Shown here: positions 17,580-26,231 of the stretch, piece after piece
Position numbering within the stretch: the stretch's first letter is position 1
Layout of the letters: the number at the start of each line of letters is the position of its first letter
From: a virus
IMG/VR virus record: IMGVR_UViG_3300046542_000271
Location: 32,001 to 96,000 of that record
Reading direction: 5' to 3' (one strand)
Length of the DNA: 64,000 nucleotides
Made by a program: the position numbers and the translations under genes
Notes under the pieces: generated by a model
What the model was told of the DNA's origin: nothing
What the model saw: the letters and a program-made list of their open reading frames with translations, nothing else
Databases searched by the model: none

Positions 17580-18224
17580 ATGAAGGAATGTCTGATCGAA
17601 CAGTTGGCTTTTCATCGCTTCGAGCAATCTGAAGTGTCCAATGAAGCCTCTGGTCACGAGTACGAGATCGAAATCTACGTTCGGCTCAAGAACCCTGATG
17701 AGGTAGCGGCAAAGGCTTCCTCTCACGAACTACAAGAGCAGTGGGGCTGCTTCATCCCCAAGACTGATAAGAATGCTGCCAGCATGTCGACTCGCGTCCG
17801 TATGACGCAGCGGATGGACGAGGAGCCTGGCTACGTGTTCTGCTCCAAGACAGACGGTGGCGAACTGGGTCGTAAGGAAGTTGAACACGACTCCTGTCGC
17901 GATCAGTTCGAACAGTTCCGCATGGCCGCTGACCAGGGCTTGAAGAAGATCCGCTACAACGTTCCTCATCACCTGGAATCCATTGCGACTGACATCGTCT
18001 ATGAAGTGGACGTGTTCCGCAATAAGAAAGGTGAGTTGGTGGAATGGACCAAGATCGATGCTGAGGTTCAACCCGGCACCGCGATCCGTCCAGAAGACAT
18101 TCCTTTCGAGTGCGAGGAGATCATCATCGTGACTCCGGAAGCGAAGAAGGAAGATGCAGAGCTGCGCGACAAGATTGGCAAGCTGTACGCCAAATACTTC
18201 CGCTCGGACAACGAGTTGATCTAA
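17580..18224 (+). CDS. CYTH/triphosphate-tunnel metalloenzyme-like protein
   Basis: ExExY, RVR, RKEVE, KKIRY, YEVDVF and DAEV motifs in CYTH order. Confidence 0.65.
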   Translation: MKECLIEQLAFHRFEQSEVSNEASGHEYEIEIYVRLKNPDEVAAKASSHELQEQWGCFIPKTDKNAASMSTRVRMTQRMDEEPGYVFCSKTDGGELGRKEVEHDSCRDQFEQFRMAADQGLKKIRYNVPHHLESIATDIVYEVDVFRNKKGELVEWTKIDAEVQPGTAIRPEDIPFECEEIIIVTPEAKKEDAELRDKIGKLYAKYFRSDNELI

Positions 18225-18227
18225 ACG

Positions 18228-18271
18228 GCATAAAGACACCTACTGGGTTTGCGCCCAGTAGGTGTCTGTGC
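18228..18271. terminator. Hairpin between convergent genes
   Basis: gcataa-agacacctactggg-tttgcg-cccagtaggtgtct-gtgc. Confidence 0.75.
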
Positions 18272-18273
18272 TG

Positions 18274-18708
18274 CTATGTCGTAGGAACTGGTGACAACAT
18301 CTTCATGATCTCAACGATCAATTTAGTGATCTCCAGTACTGCTTCCGTGTTGACTCCACTTCCCACGCCACTGGCCAGGATGAGAGCAACCACGCAGACT
18401 GTAGCACCAAAGCCCATGAATGCTGCGAAGTGTTTGCGCGTCTTGTCCGTCTTAACAGCGGCATCGGATACCGGCTGATCAGACATCAAGGATACTTGTC
18501 CTCCCACAGATGTAACCAAAACCATCTGTTGCGTCACGGCGTCTAAAGTCGACAAGGCCGACTTAATTTCCATCGCCGTTGCGGTGCGGGGGTCCAACTG
18601 AGCATCCACATTCAGGAAGCTGTTGACCAATCCAATCAACGCTTCTTCCCAAGGGAAGTCCACCGCCGGGTTCCTGCCCATCAAAATTAAAGCATCTTCG
18701 ATTTTCAT
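18274..18708 (-). CDS. Membrane protein
   Basis: C-terminal hydrophobic helix FAAFMGFGATVCVVALILASG plus an amphipathic tail. Confidence 0.6.
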   Translation of the reverse strand: MKIEDALILMGRNPAVDFPWEEALIGLVNSFLNVDAQLDPRTATAMEIKSALSTLDAVTQQMVLVTSVGGQVSLMSDQPVSDAAVKTDKTRKHFAAFMGFGATVCVVALILASGVGSGVNTEAVLEITKLIVEIMKMLSPVPTT

Positions 18709-18737
18709 CCAGGAGACCCCTTCTTGCGTGTGAGGCG

Positions 18738-19388
18738 TTAGTCCGCCCTCATCAGATCTATGCCGTCGGGGTATTGCGAACTGAACCACATGTGACGTGG
18801 ACCCAGATTCTCCCGCAAAGCCACGGCCCTAGCCACAGCAATGGCGTCAATCGAGTGCTCATCCAGAGTCCTCAAGTTGATACCGTCCACTGCGACAATC
18901 GTGGGATCTGCAAGGATACAGTCACGGATGTAATCTTTCTCCGTTTTAAAGTTACTCCCTTTCGGGATTACAGCGGCCTTGGCTGTATAAGGAGAAATCC
19001 CGACGAACTCTAAGCCAGGTCGATAATCATACACAGCTGTCTGGATATAATCAAGCGACATGGATAACGCTTTGTAGCTACTCACGAATGCGCGACGGGC
19101 AAATGGTGTCTCAATTGCCACAGAGTCAGGATCTTCGTCCTCGAGCACCGTCCTCATATACCGCTGAATCGTCTTGAGGCGCGCTACAAGCGTATCCTCG
19201 TAAAAATTCATGTCAGGGTACAAGTAACCTGACGTACGGTCCGCCTTGAACGTCTCAGCGCGTGTGACCAAACTGATACCCGTACGGATATCATGCTCCA
19301 AGATAACGATGCCGACAGTGTTAGTGCCGTTGTCGATACCTAGAACTCGGAACTTCCATGAATCATCAGCATCGAAATTTATGAACAT
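18738..19388 (-). CDS. ruvC: RuvC-like Holliday junction resolvase
   Basis: VLGIDNG, AIETPF, P..AK.AV and DEHSIDAIAVA catalytic motifs. Confidence 0.85.
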   Translation of the reverse strand: MFINFDADDSWKFRVLGIDNGTNTVGIVILEHDIRTGISLVTRAETFKADRTSGYLYPDMNFYEDTLVARLKTIQRYMRTVLEDEDPDSVAIETPFARRAFVSSYKALSMSLDYIQTAVYDYRPGLEFVGISPYTAKAAVIPKGSNFKTEKDYIRDCILADPTIVAVDGINLRTLDEHSIDAIAVARAVALRENLGPRHMWFSSQYPDGIDLMRAD

Positions 19389-19435
19389 ACACAATGCCAC
19401 TGGGGTTTAAGCCCCAGTGGCCTCCTATGCGCGAA

Positions 19436-20311
19436 CTACGGAATAACGTTCAGGGTAGGAATCGAAGCAGTACCCAGCAGCGGCAGTTGGTTACCCAGGT
19501 CAAAGTCCAACGTCAGCTCTTGGCTGTTGTAGTACAGTGCCTTGTGGTCCATCGAGTAGCTGTAGGCCTGACATCCGATTGCTTCCAGGAAGTTAATCGA
19601 GCCGGAAGTACTTGGGACAGAGACGGTGCGGTCAGCGGCTGTGCAGAGTGCGAACTCCGACATGATGGCGTAACGCTCATCACCGTTGTGCATGATCTTG
19701 GCGGCGTTGATGAATTCTTCGATAGCCACTTCATCGAGACGCACGCGGATCACGCAGCTAACCGACAGGCTGACGTCAGTGGTGGACACTGCGCCTTTTA
19801 CTGGCAATTCAACCGGCTCTGGGTAGAGGTCAGCAGTAGAAGGAATGAAGACCGCTTCAGTGGTCTGGCCATTCTCCACGGTGATCTTCTTCATCACCAC
19901 GGTCACGTCAGCTGGATCGATGTCCATGCGCATGCCGTAGTAGGCGTAGTAGTTCACGCCACTGACCATCATTTCCTTACGCAACGCGTACTTGTCGCGC
20001 AGCACCTTAGGCAAGTCATCGTCGATACGACGCAGTGCGAAAGGTACCGGGTTGTAGGTCGACGCGTGGTTGGCCAGGTGGTCGATCACGGAAGTCAGTG
20101 CGATACCGCCATCGCCTGCTACAGCGCGGTGGCCTTTGTTACCCACGGTCATGATGCCGAGGTAGACCTTCTCACCGTTCGTTGGACGAGCAGCGTCCTG
20201 GATACCCAGGCGTTCGTTGAAGGTGGTACGCGATGGAATGACAGGCGTGTGACCCAGGAGGAGGTGGACCAGAGTTTTGGCACCATACAGGGTGGATTGG
20301 ATAGTGTTCAC
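19436..20311 (-). CDS. Probable virion structural protein (tail/baseplate region)
   Basis: Codon-biased ORF in the late structural cluster. Confidence 0.65.
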   Translation of the reverse strand: MNTIQSTLYGAKTLVHLLLGHTPVIPSRTTFNERLGIQDAARPTNGEKVYLGIMTVGNKGHRAVAGDGGIALTSVIDHLANHASTYNPVPFALRRIDDDLPKVLRDKYALRKEMMVSGVNYYAYYGMRMDIDPADVTVVMKKITVENGQTTEAVFIPSTADLYPEPVELPVKGAVSTTDVSLSVSCVIRVRLDEVAIEEFINAAKIMHNGDERYAIMSEFALCTAADRTVSVPSTSGSINFLEAIGCQAYSYSMDHKALYYNSQELTLDFDLGNQLPLLGTASIPTLNVIP

Positions 20312-20320
20312 GGATCAACC

Positions 20321-21364
20321 TCAATGTTGGAAGAGTGGCGTGACAGACGACGGGTTGAACTGCTGGTTAGTCGGTGTAGCCGGAGATGAGTACCGGTAAC
20401 CGATCCGCAGTATGCCACTCAGATTCCGACACAGGTCACCGAGTTCGATAACCAAGACGTAACTGTAACGGCTGTCGTCAGCACTGTATTCAGGAGTGAC
20501 CAGCCCGTTATAGAGGATGGTACTGTTGTAAAAATTGAAATCCGATGCAGTGTCTGGCGTGTAGTGCCAGAGGTCACCCGTCAGCGCAAACAAGACGCCT
20601 GTAAGGCGGTTGGCTACGTCGACGATCGGACCGGACTTCTGTTCATAGAGATAGGCTGCGGTCTTCTTGGCATCACCCAACGGGGTCTTGATGAACTCAG
20701 CAATGAACAGACGACCCTGAGGAAGGTACAGATCGATAGGAGGACGACCTACCGCACCATCCTTATAGAAGTCACGGAAATCCATGCGGCGAGCGATGGT
20801 GGTATTCAGCAACGCAAGCGCAGGGCGGACCAACACATGCAGATAACCGAAGAAGACCAAGTGGTCGTCAAAGGTGATCTTGAAGTTACGGTCCAGATCA
20901 GGATCGGGTGCAAACGCAGGCTCAGTGACCTTATTAAAGCCAGTGAGGTACGGTTGAGTCATGCGGGTGGTGATGTCAGACTGATCTGCATCCAACCCAC
21001 CGTAGATCTCCTGGATCTGGATGTGTCCAGGTTCTAGCATCACGCCACATTGATCGAAGATCGCCTGGAGCAACGCTGCATCATCAGCCAGGTCAGTGGC
21101 ATTGATCACCAGACGACTCAAATCCGCGTGGCGATTAGCCTCGATGCGGTAGTAAGTCATCGGGCGTTGTTCGTCAGACCAACCCAGGTCAGTGCGGAAC
21201 ATCAACTTGACTTCAGTCTTGCCTTCACTGTCGAGAGCTTCAGGATCACTGAAGACCAACTGATCGGCAGCCAACTGGGTTCCGTTGAACGTGTTGATCA
21301 TCTCAACCAGCAATTGCTTGCTGGACTTATTGAAACGATTCAGAGGGGAAGCGCAGTTACTCAT
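20321..21364 (-). CDS. Virion structural protein, paralog family
   Basis: EMINTFNG...FSDP...TYYRI; internal DITTRMTQPYLTGF motif; C-domain resembles that of ORF 1-882. Confidence 0.7.
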   Translation of the reverse strand: MSNCASPLNRFNKSSKQLLVEMINTFNGTQLAADQLVFSDPEALDSEGKTEVKLMFRTDLGWSDEQRPMTYYRIEANRHADLSRLVINATDLADDAALLQAIFDQCGVMLEPGHIQIQEIYGGLDADQSDITTRMTQPYLTGFNKVTEPAFAPDPDLDRNFKITFDDHLVFFGYLHVLVRPALALLNTTIARRMDFRDFYKDGAVGRPPIDLYLPQGRLFIAEFIKTPLGDAKKTAAYLYEQKSGPIVDVANRLTGVLFALTGDLWHYTPDTASDFNFYNSTILYNGLVTPEYSADDSRYSYVLVIELGDLCRNLSGILRIGYRYSSPATPTNQQFNPSSVTPLFQH

Positions 21365-21380
21365 CAATCTGATCTCTGAA

Positions 21381-21845
21381 TTACGACAGTTCAACCTGGA
21401 ACGAGCCTGTCCAGAACAACGAGAGCGGAGCTGCCTGGATCGTCGACACTCGCTCAAGCAAGTTATCTTCGACCACGTCGTCGGCAGTCAAATAGAAGCT
21501 ATCGTTGGATCGCAGGGTGCTCAGGATAACTGACGAGTTAGTTGGGGCCACTACCTTGAGTTTGGTGGCTGTGAACCACTCACTCATCTGAAGGCGCTTG
21601 TATCGCACCGTGAGGGAGCCCGTATGGACACGGGCTACTGATTCACTGGTGGAGTCAAACGTTTCAATCAGGGCAACGGCATTCACACCATCGCTTTCGA
21701 TGACCGTAGCTTTTGCAAACTCCGGTCGTAGACGCAAGTTAAAGGCGTCATTCACCATGATCAAGAAACCCTCCACCGGAGGGTACTTGACATAGCGTTC
21801 GATGCGATGGAAGGGCACTTCACTGATAGTGTCCATCTTGTTCAT
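21381..21845 (-). CDS. Virion structural protein, paralog family (single domain)
   Basis: HTGSLTVRYKRLQM...SLFWTGS. Confidence 0.7.
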   Translation of the reverse strand: MNKMDTISEVPFHRIERYVKYPPVEGFLIMVNDAFNLRLRPEFAKATVIESDGVNAVALIETFDSTSESVARVHTGSLTVRYKRLQMSEWFTATKLKVVAPTNSSVILSTLRSNDSFYLTADDVVEDNLLERVSTIQAAPLSLFWTGSFQVELS

Positions 21846-21859
21846 CGGTCATCGTCCTG

Positions 21860-23941
21860 TTACGGTTCAGGAGTGGGTGGAGGAGGATAGCTCAGACCGT
21901 TAGGCGTCTTAACGAAGATGACGTCCTTCAAGTCTACGCCGCCTGGTGGTTTGCCTTCAAAGCCGTCGAGTCTAGGCAGGACAACTTCAGAAAGCTTCTT
22001 CTTCAGGTGAACGGTTTCAAAACCATCCAGCTTAGGTTTCCAGAGCGCCTCAGTCAGACGGTGCTTGGTTTTACCTTCGAAGCCATCAAGCGTTTCAACC
22101 TCTTCAGACAGCAACTTCAACTTATCGCTGTCGTAGCCATCCAACGCCGGTGTCTCGATCAATTCAGGCAGCAGGTAGCGCTTGTCTGATTCGAACCCAT
22201 CCAGGGCTGGAGTATCAACTACTTCAGGTAGGAGTTTCAGTTTGTCACTGTCGTAGCCATTGAGTGCGCGATCAACGATCTCCTCAGAGAGCAGGTGACG
22301 CTTATCGGACTCGTAGCCGTCCAAGGTCCGTACATCAATGACCTCAGGTAACAGTTTCAACTTGTCGCTGTCAAACCCGTCTTGCTGAGTGACCGGGAGG
22401 TCATTCTCGAGCAGCTTCTTCTTGTCAGACTCGAAGCCTTCCTGAGCGGTGGTGTGTAAAGTCTGCGACAGTCTGCGGGTGAGGTTAGACGTCCACCCGT
22501 CAAGCTGGGTGATCTCCAGTACCTGCGAGAGTGGCCTGCGCTTGTCAGATTCAAATCCGTGTTGCGATCCCTGAAATGCTTCAGAGATAAGCTTGCGCTT
22601 ATCGCTATCGAAACCATCCTGTTTCGGCAGATGGAACTCATCCGACAGCGGTCGGTGCTTTTCGGAGGTGAATCCGTCCAGATAAGGTTCAGGTGTCCAT
22701 TCGCCGATTGGCAGTTTCTTAATGGACTCAAAGCCCATAATGAACGGCGTGCGAGTGAACTCACCGATAGGCATCTTCTTAACGGATGTGAATCCATCAA
22801 GGTAAGGCTTACTGGTGCAGGTCCTGATATCCGGCGCTGGGAATGGAGGAACAAATCCATCCAGCTTAGGCGCGAGCAACTCCAGCGGCATCTTGCAACC
22901 GAACTTCAGGACGAAACCGTCCAAGACGTTGTCGAAGACTTCAGTCGCCAAGTCAATCTGGTTCGACTCATCCCAGATAACCAGTTCGACGTAGATGTCG
23001 CCGACGGTGGTCAAGGAGTTCGGCGTGGTAGTCAGGCGGTAAATGCCTTTCTCCACCAGAGTACTTGGGAGTGTTGCCCAGTTGGAGATGTCGCTTTCGA
23101 CCAAGCCCGTATCGAACTTGAAGTTGATGGCATCCAGTACCTTAGCCCTGGTCACCACACCACCTGTTGCTACCCTGACCGCATGGCGGTAGGTTGGGGT
23201 GTAGGATTTGCGCTGATACGTGAAGTCCATCGACCCGGTGAAATCACCGCCGACGCCTGTCAGTGTAATCTTGGTGTTCAGGCCGTTGTCATCCGGAGAG
23301 ATAACGGTAGGCCCAGAGGTAATGCGGAAATCCTCCGGCCGAAGCTGGTAGGGTTCTTCGTACGACGAGTTGTGGTTCTCTATCGCTTTCAACAAGACCT
23401 TTAAGAAGTCGTCTGAGCGGAAACCCGTCGAGAATGGAATAAAGATCGCTGTGTTCGAGAAGAACTCTTTGAGGAGGTAAGCTTCACGAATCAGTTGTAA
23501 CGCAACCGACCCCACCCAACGAGGTGAGGTTTCCGGGGCAGAGATGACGTAGCTACCGGCGGTTTCAGTCGTGAACAATGTCACGTCGTCCGCACTGACC
23601 GGTATATCGTGCTTCGCTAACAATCGACTGAGGATGTCGACCGAGCTCACGGACCCCTTGAACTTCACCGTCTTGTCCACCCCCGTTAGAAACTCGGTCA
23701 GGTTAAGACGTTTGAACTGGAAGGTTAGAGGGTCCTTGAACTTGGCACTGATTGCAGGTGGCGCGTAGAAGCTGCTGAACGTCATTTCCGCCAGAGCATC
23801 TTTGGAAGTCGGTACACCCTTTGGGCGAATGTTCTCAATGACGAGCCATTCTTTATTTACCCAGGATGGCAGATTATCCAGAAGGATCTGCTTAACCGCT
23901 TCCAAAGAGTCCATCTTGAGAAGGGATTCTGGCGTACTCAT
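21860..23941 (-). CDS. Virion structural protein: two family domains plus about 18 tandem ~20-aa repeats
   Basis: FQFKRLNL and FTYQRKSY domains followed by an (L/Q)DG(F/Y)xS array. Confidence 0.8.
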   Translation of the reverse strand: MSTPESLLKMDSLEAVKQILLDNLPSWVNKEWLVIENIRPKGVPTSKDALAEMTFSSFYAPPAISAKFKDPLTFQFKRLNLTEFLTGVDKTVKFKGSVSSVDILSRLLAKHDIPVSADDVTLFTTETAGSYVISAPETSPRWVGSVALQLIREAYLLKEFFSNTAIFIPFSTGFRSDDFLKVLLKAIENHNSSYEEPYQLRPEDFRITSGPTVISPDDNGLNTKITLTGVGGDFTGSMDFTYQRKSYTPTYRHAVRVATGGVVTRAKVLDAINFKFDTGLVESDISNWATLPSTLVEKGIYRLTTTPNSLTTVGDIYVELVIWDESNQIDLATEVFDNVLDGFVLKFGCKMPLELLAPKLDGFVPPFPAPDIRTCTSKPYLDGFTSVKKMPIGEFTRTPFIMGFESIKKLPIGEWTPEPYLDGFTSEKHRPLSDEFHLPKQDGFDSDKRKLISEAFQGSQHGFESDKRRPLSQVLEITQLDGWTSNLTRRLSQTLHTTAQEGFESDKKKLLENDLPVTQQDGFDSDKLKLLPEVIDVRTLDGYESDKRHLLSEEIVDRALNGYDSDKLKLLPEVVDTPALDGFESDKRYLLPELIETPALDGYDSDKLKLLSEEVETLDGFEGKTKHRLTEALWKPKLDGFETVHLKKKLSEVVLPRLDGFEGKPPGGVDLKDVIFVKTPNGLSYPPPPTPEP
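21885..22957 (-). repeat. Coding tandem repeat, ~60-nt unit, about 18 degenerate copies
   Basis: e.g. DKLKLLPEVIDVRTLDGYES / DKLKLLPEVVDTPALDGFES / DKRYLLPELIETPALDGYDS. Confidence 0.9.
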
Positions 23942-23964
23942 TATTCGCCTCAAGTAAAAGACTG

Positions 23965-26196
23965 TTAAAGTCCGAGGAACATCTTCCGTCGAGTGTCAGT
24001 CAGGACATCATACCCACCCGTCATGATGGGGAACGAAGACCCAATGAAGAGGTCCGCGTAACTCATCCGCTCAGGCTCAAGGTAATCGAGCGTGAGTGTC
24101 CGATCGCCAGAGATGTCGGTGACAGCCTCGGGGATCAGCTTGAGAGTCGGTAGGGCGAAGTCCATGCGGGTAACGAGTGTTCCCCGACCTAACAGTTTGA
24201 TGTTTGCGACGACCGGGATTTTACCGGTGACCATGTCCAGGGTAGAGCGGAAGTCCACTCCAACGTTGGCCTTGATCTTGTCATGCCGGCGCTCATACGA
24301 ATCGACGTCCAGGATAGTGGGTGGGTCGATGTCGATCAACTTGTGTTCGGTTTCATCCAGTTTCGGAATCGACTGCTTAGGGAACTTCCCGTCCACGATC
24401 TTGACAGGGTTGTCGTTGATCGTCTTGATGAACTGCACCGAGTAGGACGAAAGCGCCTGCATGATGCGGATCATCGAAGCATGGATCTGACGAACGCTGT
24501 TCACGTTACTGAGGTCAGCACCGGTAATCGAGTTGAAGATCGTGCTATACATCAGCTGATATTCAACACGTCCCATGGTGGCAGTGTCGATCCCCATCTC
24601 GTTGAGCCAGGAGTCGTAGGACTGCTCCTTCGCCAGGTCGATCCGGATGTCCTGGTAGAACCGATCCACCACAGTGTGCAGTTGACCTTCCGCTCGCCAG
24701 TCCTGGTAGTAGCAACGGAACTTACGGTGGTCCAACATCTTGCGGTGGATGTCGACACAGAGTTCCCGGAAAGCTTCCACCGAGACGTAACGCGTGATAG
24801 GTGCCTGGTCCGTCAACAGGTGATGGATGGCATAGTCTGGCACACGTTTAGGTTCAGCGAACTTCCTGAGCTCTGTAAACGTCGGCAACGGCATACGACG
24901 AACACGGTTGGCCGACAGAACCGGCACCTTATCGAGTGTGATCCCGATAGCCTTGTTGTACGCATAGATGTAGAAGATGAAGGCGTTCTTGGCCGTCAGC
25001 TTAAACGTATCCCCGTTACTCGGGTTGGTGATCGACATTACGGTGTTGTAGCGACCGAAGTGCGACAAGTACAGCCAGTGGTTCAACAAGACGTCAGTCA
25101 GGGTGAACGGGTCCGCGTCAGCACGGTCAAGAACGTTGGAGTCCAGGACCTTGGTGATGTGGGTACTGGTCTTGGCATGAACCGATCGCTTGGTAACGTC
25201 GATCTCATGGTCGTCCCGGTATGGCGTGTTACCCCTGGCGATCCCGTCTTCCATGTCGAGGATCTCGCCCACGGATTTATCGGTAGCGCCGTTAGCAGGT
25301 TCGATCCCGTTGAGGGTTTCCTGCTGGAGCTCAACCACAGGCTTGAGCGTCGTGGTGGTTTTGTCATACACATGACTCAGCTTAAAGCCGGACAGGTTGA
25401 AACCACGATCCGTCAGCACCTTCTCGGTGGTGAGCTTGAGGATCTCTTCACGCCCCAGGTTACGGTTGAGGTAACGGATGTTGCGGTACAGCCACAGACG
25501 CAGCTTACGCGTCATGTAGTCGAACTCTTTACCGACTGCACTGAACGAGGTCAGGTATTGGCGCACGTAGAACGTATGCACGTAATCGGTTTTACACATC
25601 TCTTTACGAAGCGTGACAATCCACAGCGGAAGCTTCGTGTAGAGGACACCCAACAAGCCCGTATAGTAGAAGGGTTCGAACAGACCGTAGTCCCGGTTAT
25701 CGCGTTGCAGGAAGTACATGTCGATGTAACGCTGAACCCGTGGGATCAGGTACTCTTCACCTTCCTCGACTTCCTTTTTGTCATGCCACAAGATCTTATG
25801 GTCTTCTGACGTAACTGCGGTCTCGATATCGATGGGGTTCAGGATACCGTTGATCAGCGCTTGCTGGTCAGGATACCTGGCTACCAGGTCTTTATAATAG
25901 ACCGAACCGTAGGCGTATTCGCGCTTCGTACCACGGTGCTCTGCTAAGGTCACAATGTCGAATGGGATCTCTTCCTGGGTGTCCAGGGAAACCACCGTCA
26001 TGTCGGTATCCGACTCGTGGTACGTACCCGCCATGTTGAGGTAGTACTTCCAAGTGTACGGATTGTCTCGATCCACCTTGTACCCTAACTGGGTCACTTT
26101 GGTGTTGAGGAGATCAGCTGTACTCGCACTCTTTATTAAGAGCGTAGCCGCCAATTTCAATGTGCTCTTGATATAGAGCCGGTAATGGGCATTCAT
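23965..26196 (-). CDS. Virion structural protein (phiKZ gp128-like)
   Basis: 743 aa; WKYYLNMAGTYH motif; head-to-head with the probable portal. Confidence 0.65.
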   Translation of the reverse strand: MNAHYRLYIKSTLKLAATLLIKSASTADLLNTKVTQLGYKVDRDNPYTWKYYLNMAGTYHESDTDMTVVSLDTQEEIPFDIVTLAEHRGTKREYAYGSVYYKDLVARYPDQQALINGILNPIDIETAVTSEDHKILWHDKKEVEEGEEYLIPRVQRYIDMYFLQRDNRDYGLFEPFYYTGLLGVLYTKLPLWIVTLRKEMCKTDYVHTFYVRQYLTSFSAVGKEFDYMTRKLRLWLYRNIRYLNRNLGREEILKLTTEKVLTDRGFNLSGFKLSHVYDKTTTTLKPVVELQQETLNGIEPANGATDKSVGEILDMEDGIARGNTPYRDDHEIDVTKRSVHAKTSTHITKVLDSNVLDRADADPFTLTDVLLNHWLYLSHFGRYNTVMSITNPSNGDTFKLTAKNAFIFYIYAYNKAIGITLDKVPVLSANRVRRMPLPTFTELRKFAEPKRVPDYAIHHLLTDQAPITRYVSVEAFRELCVDIHRKMLDHRKFRCYYQDWRAEGQLHTVVDRFYQDIRIDLAKEQSYDSWLNEMGIDTATMGRVEYQLMYSTIFNSITGADLSNVNSVRQIHASMIRIMQALSSYSVQFIKTINDNPVKIVDGKFPKQSIPKLDETEHKLIDIDPPTILDVDSYERRHDKIKANVGVDFRSTLDMVTGKIPVVANIKLLGRGTLVTRMDFALPTLKLIPEAVTDISGDRTLTLDYLEPERMSYADLFIGSSFPIMTGGYDVLTDTRRKMFLGL

Positions 26197-26231
26197 TTCT
26201 TTATAACCCCGATCTGACTAGGAGAGGAGTA

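Noticed and set aside
22000-22900. G-F-E in the repeats as prohead-protease cleavage sites
   Set aside because: Matches S/A/G-x-E in only some repeats (others read GFD, GFT, GYD), and the protein belongs to a probable tail-associated family.
21885-22957. ~60-nt periodicity as a CRISPR array or DGR repeat
   Set aside because: In-frame and conserved at the protein level, with no invariant DNA repeat/spacer structure. No cas or reverse transcriptase gene is in the window.
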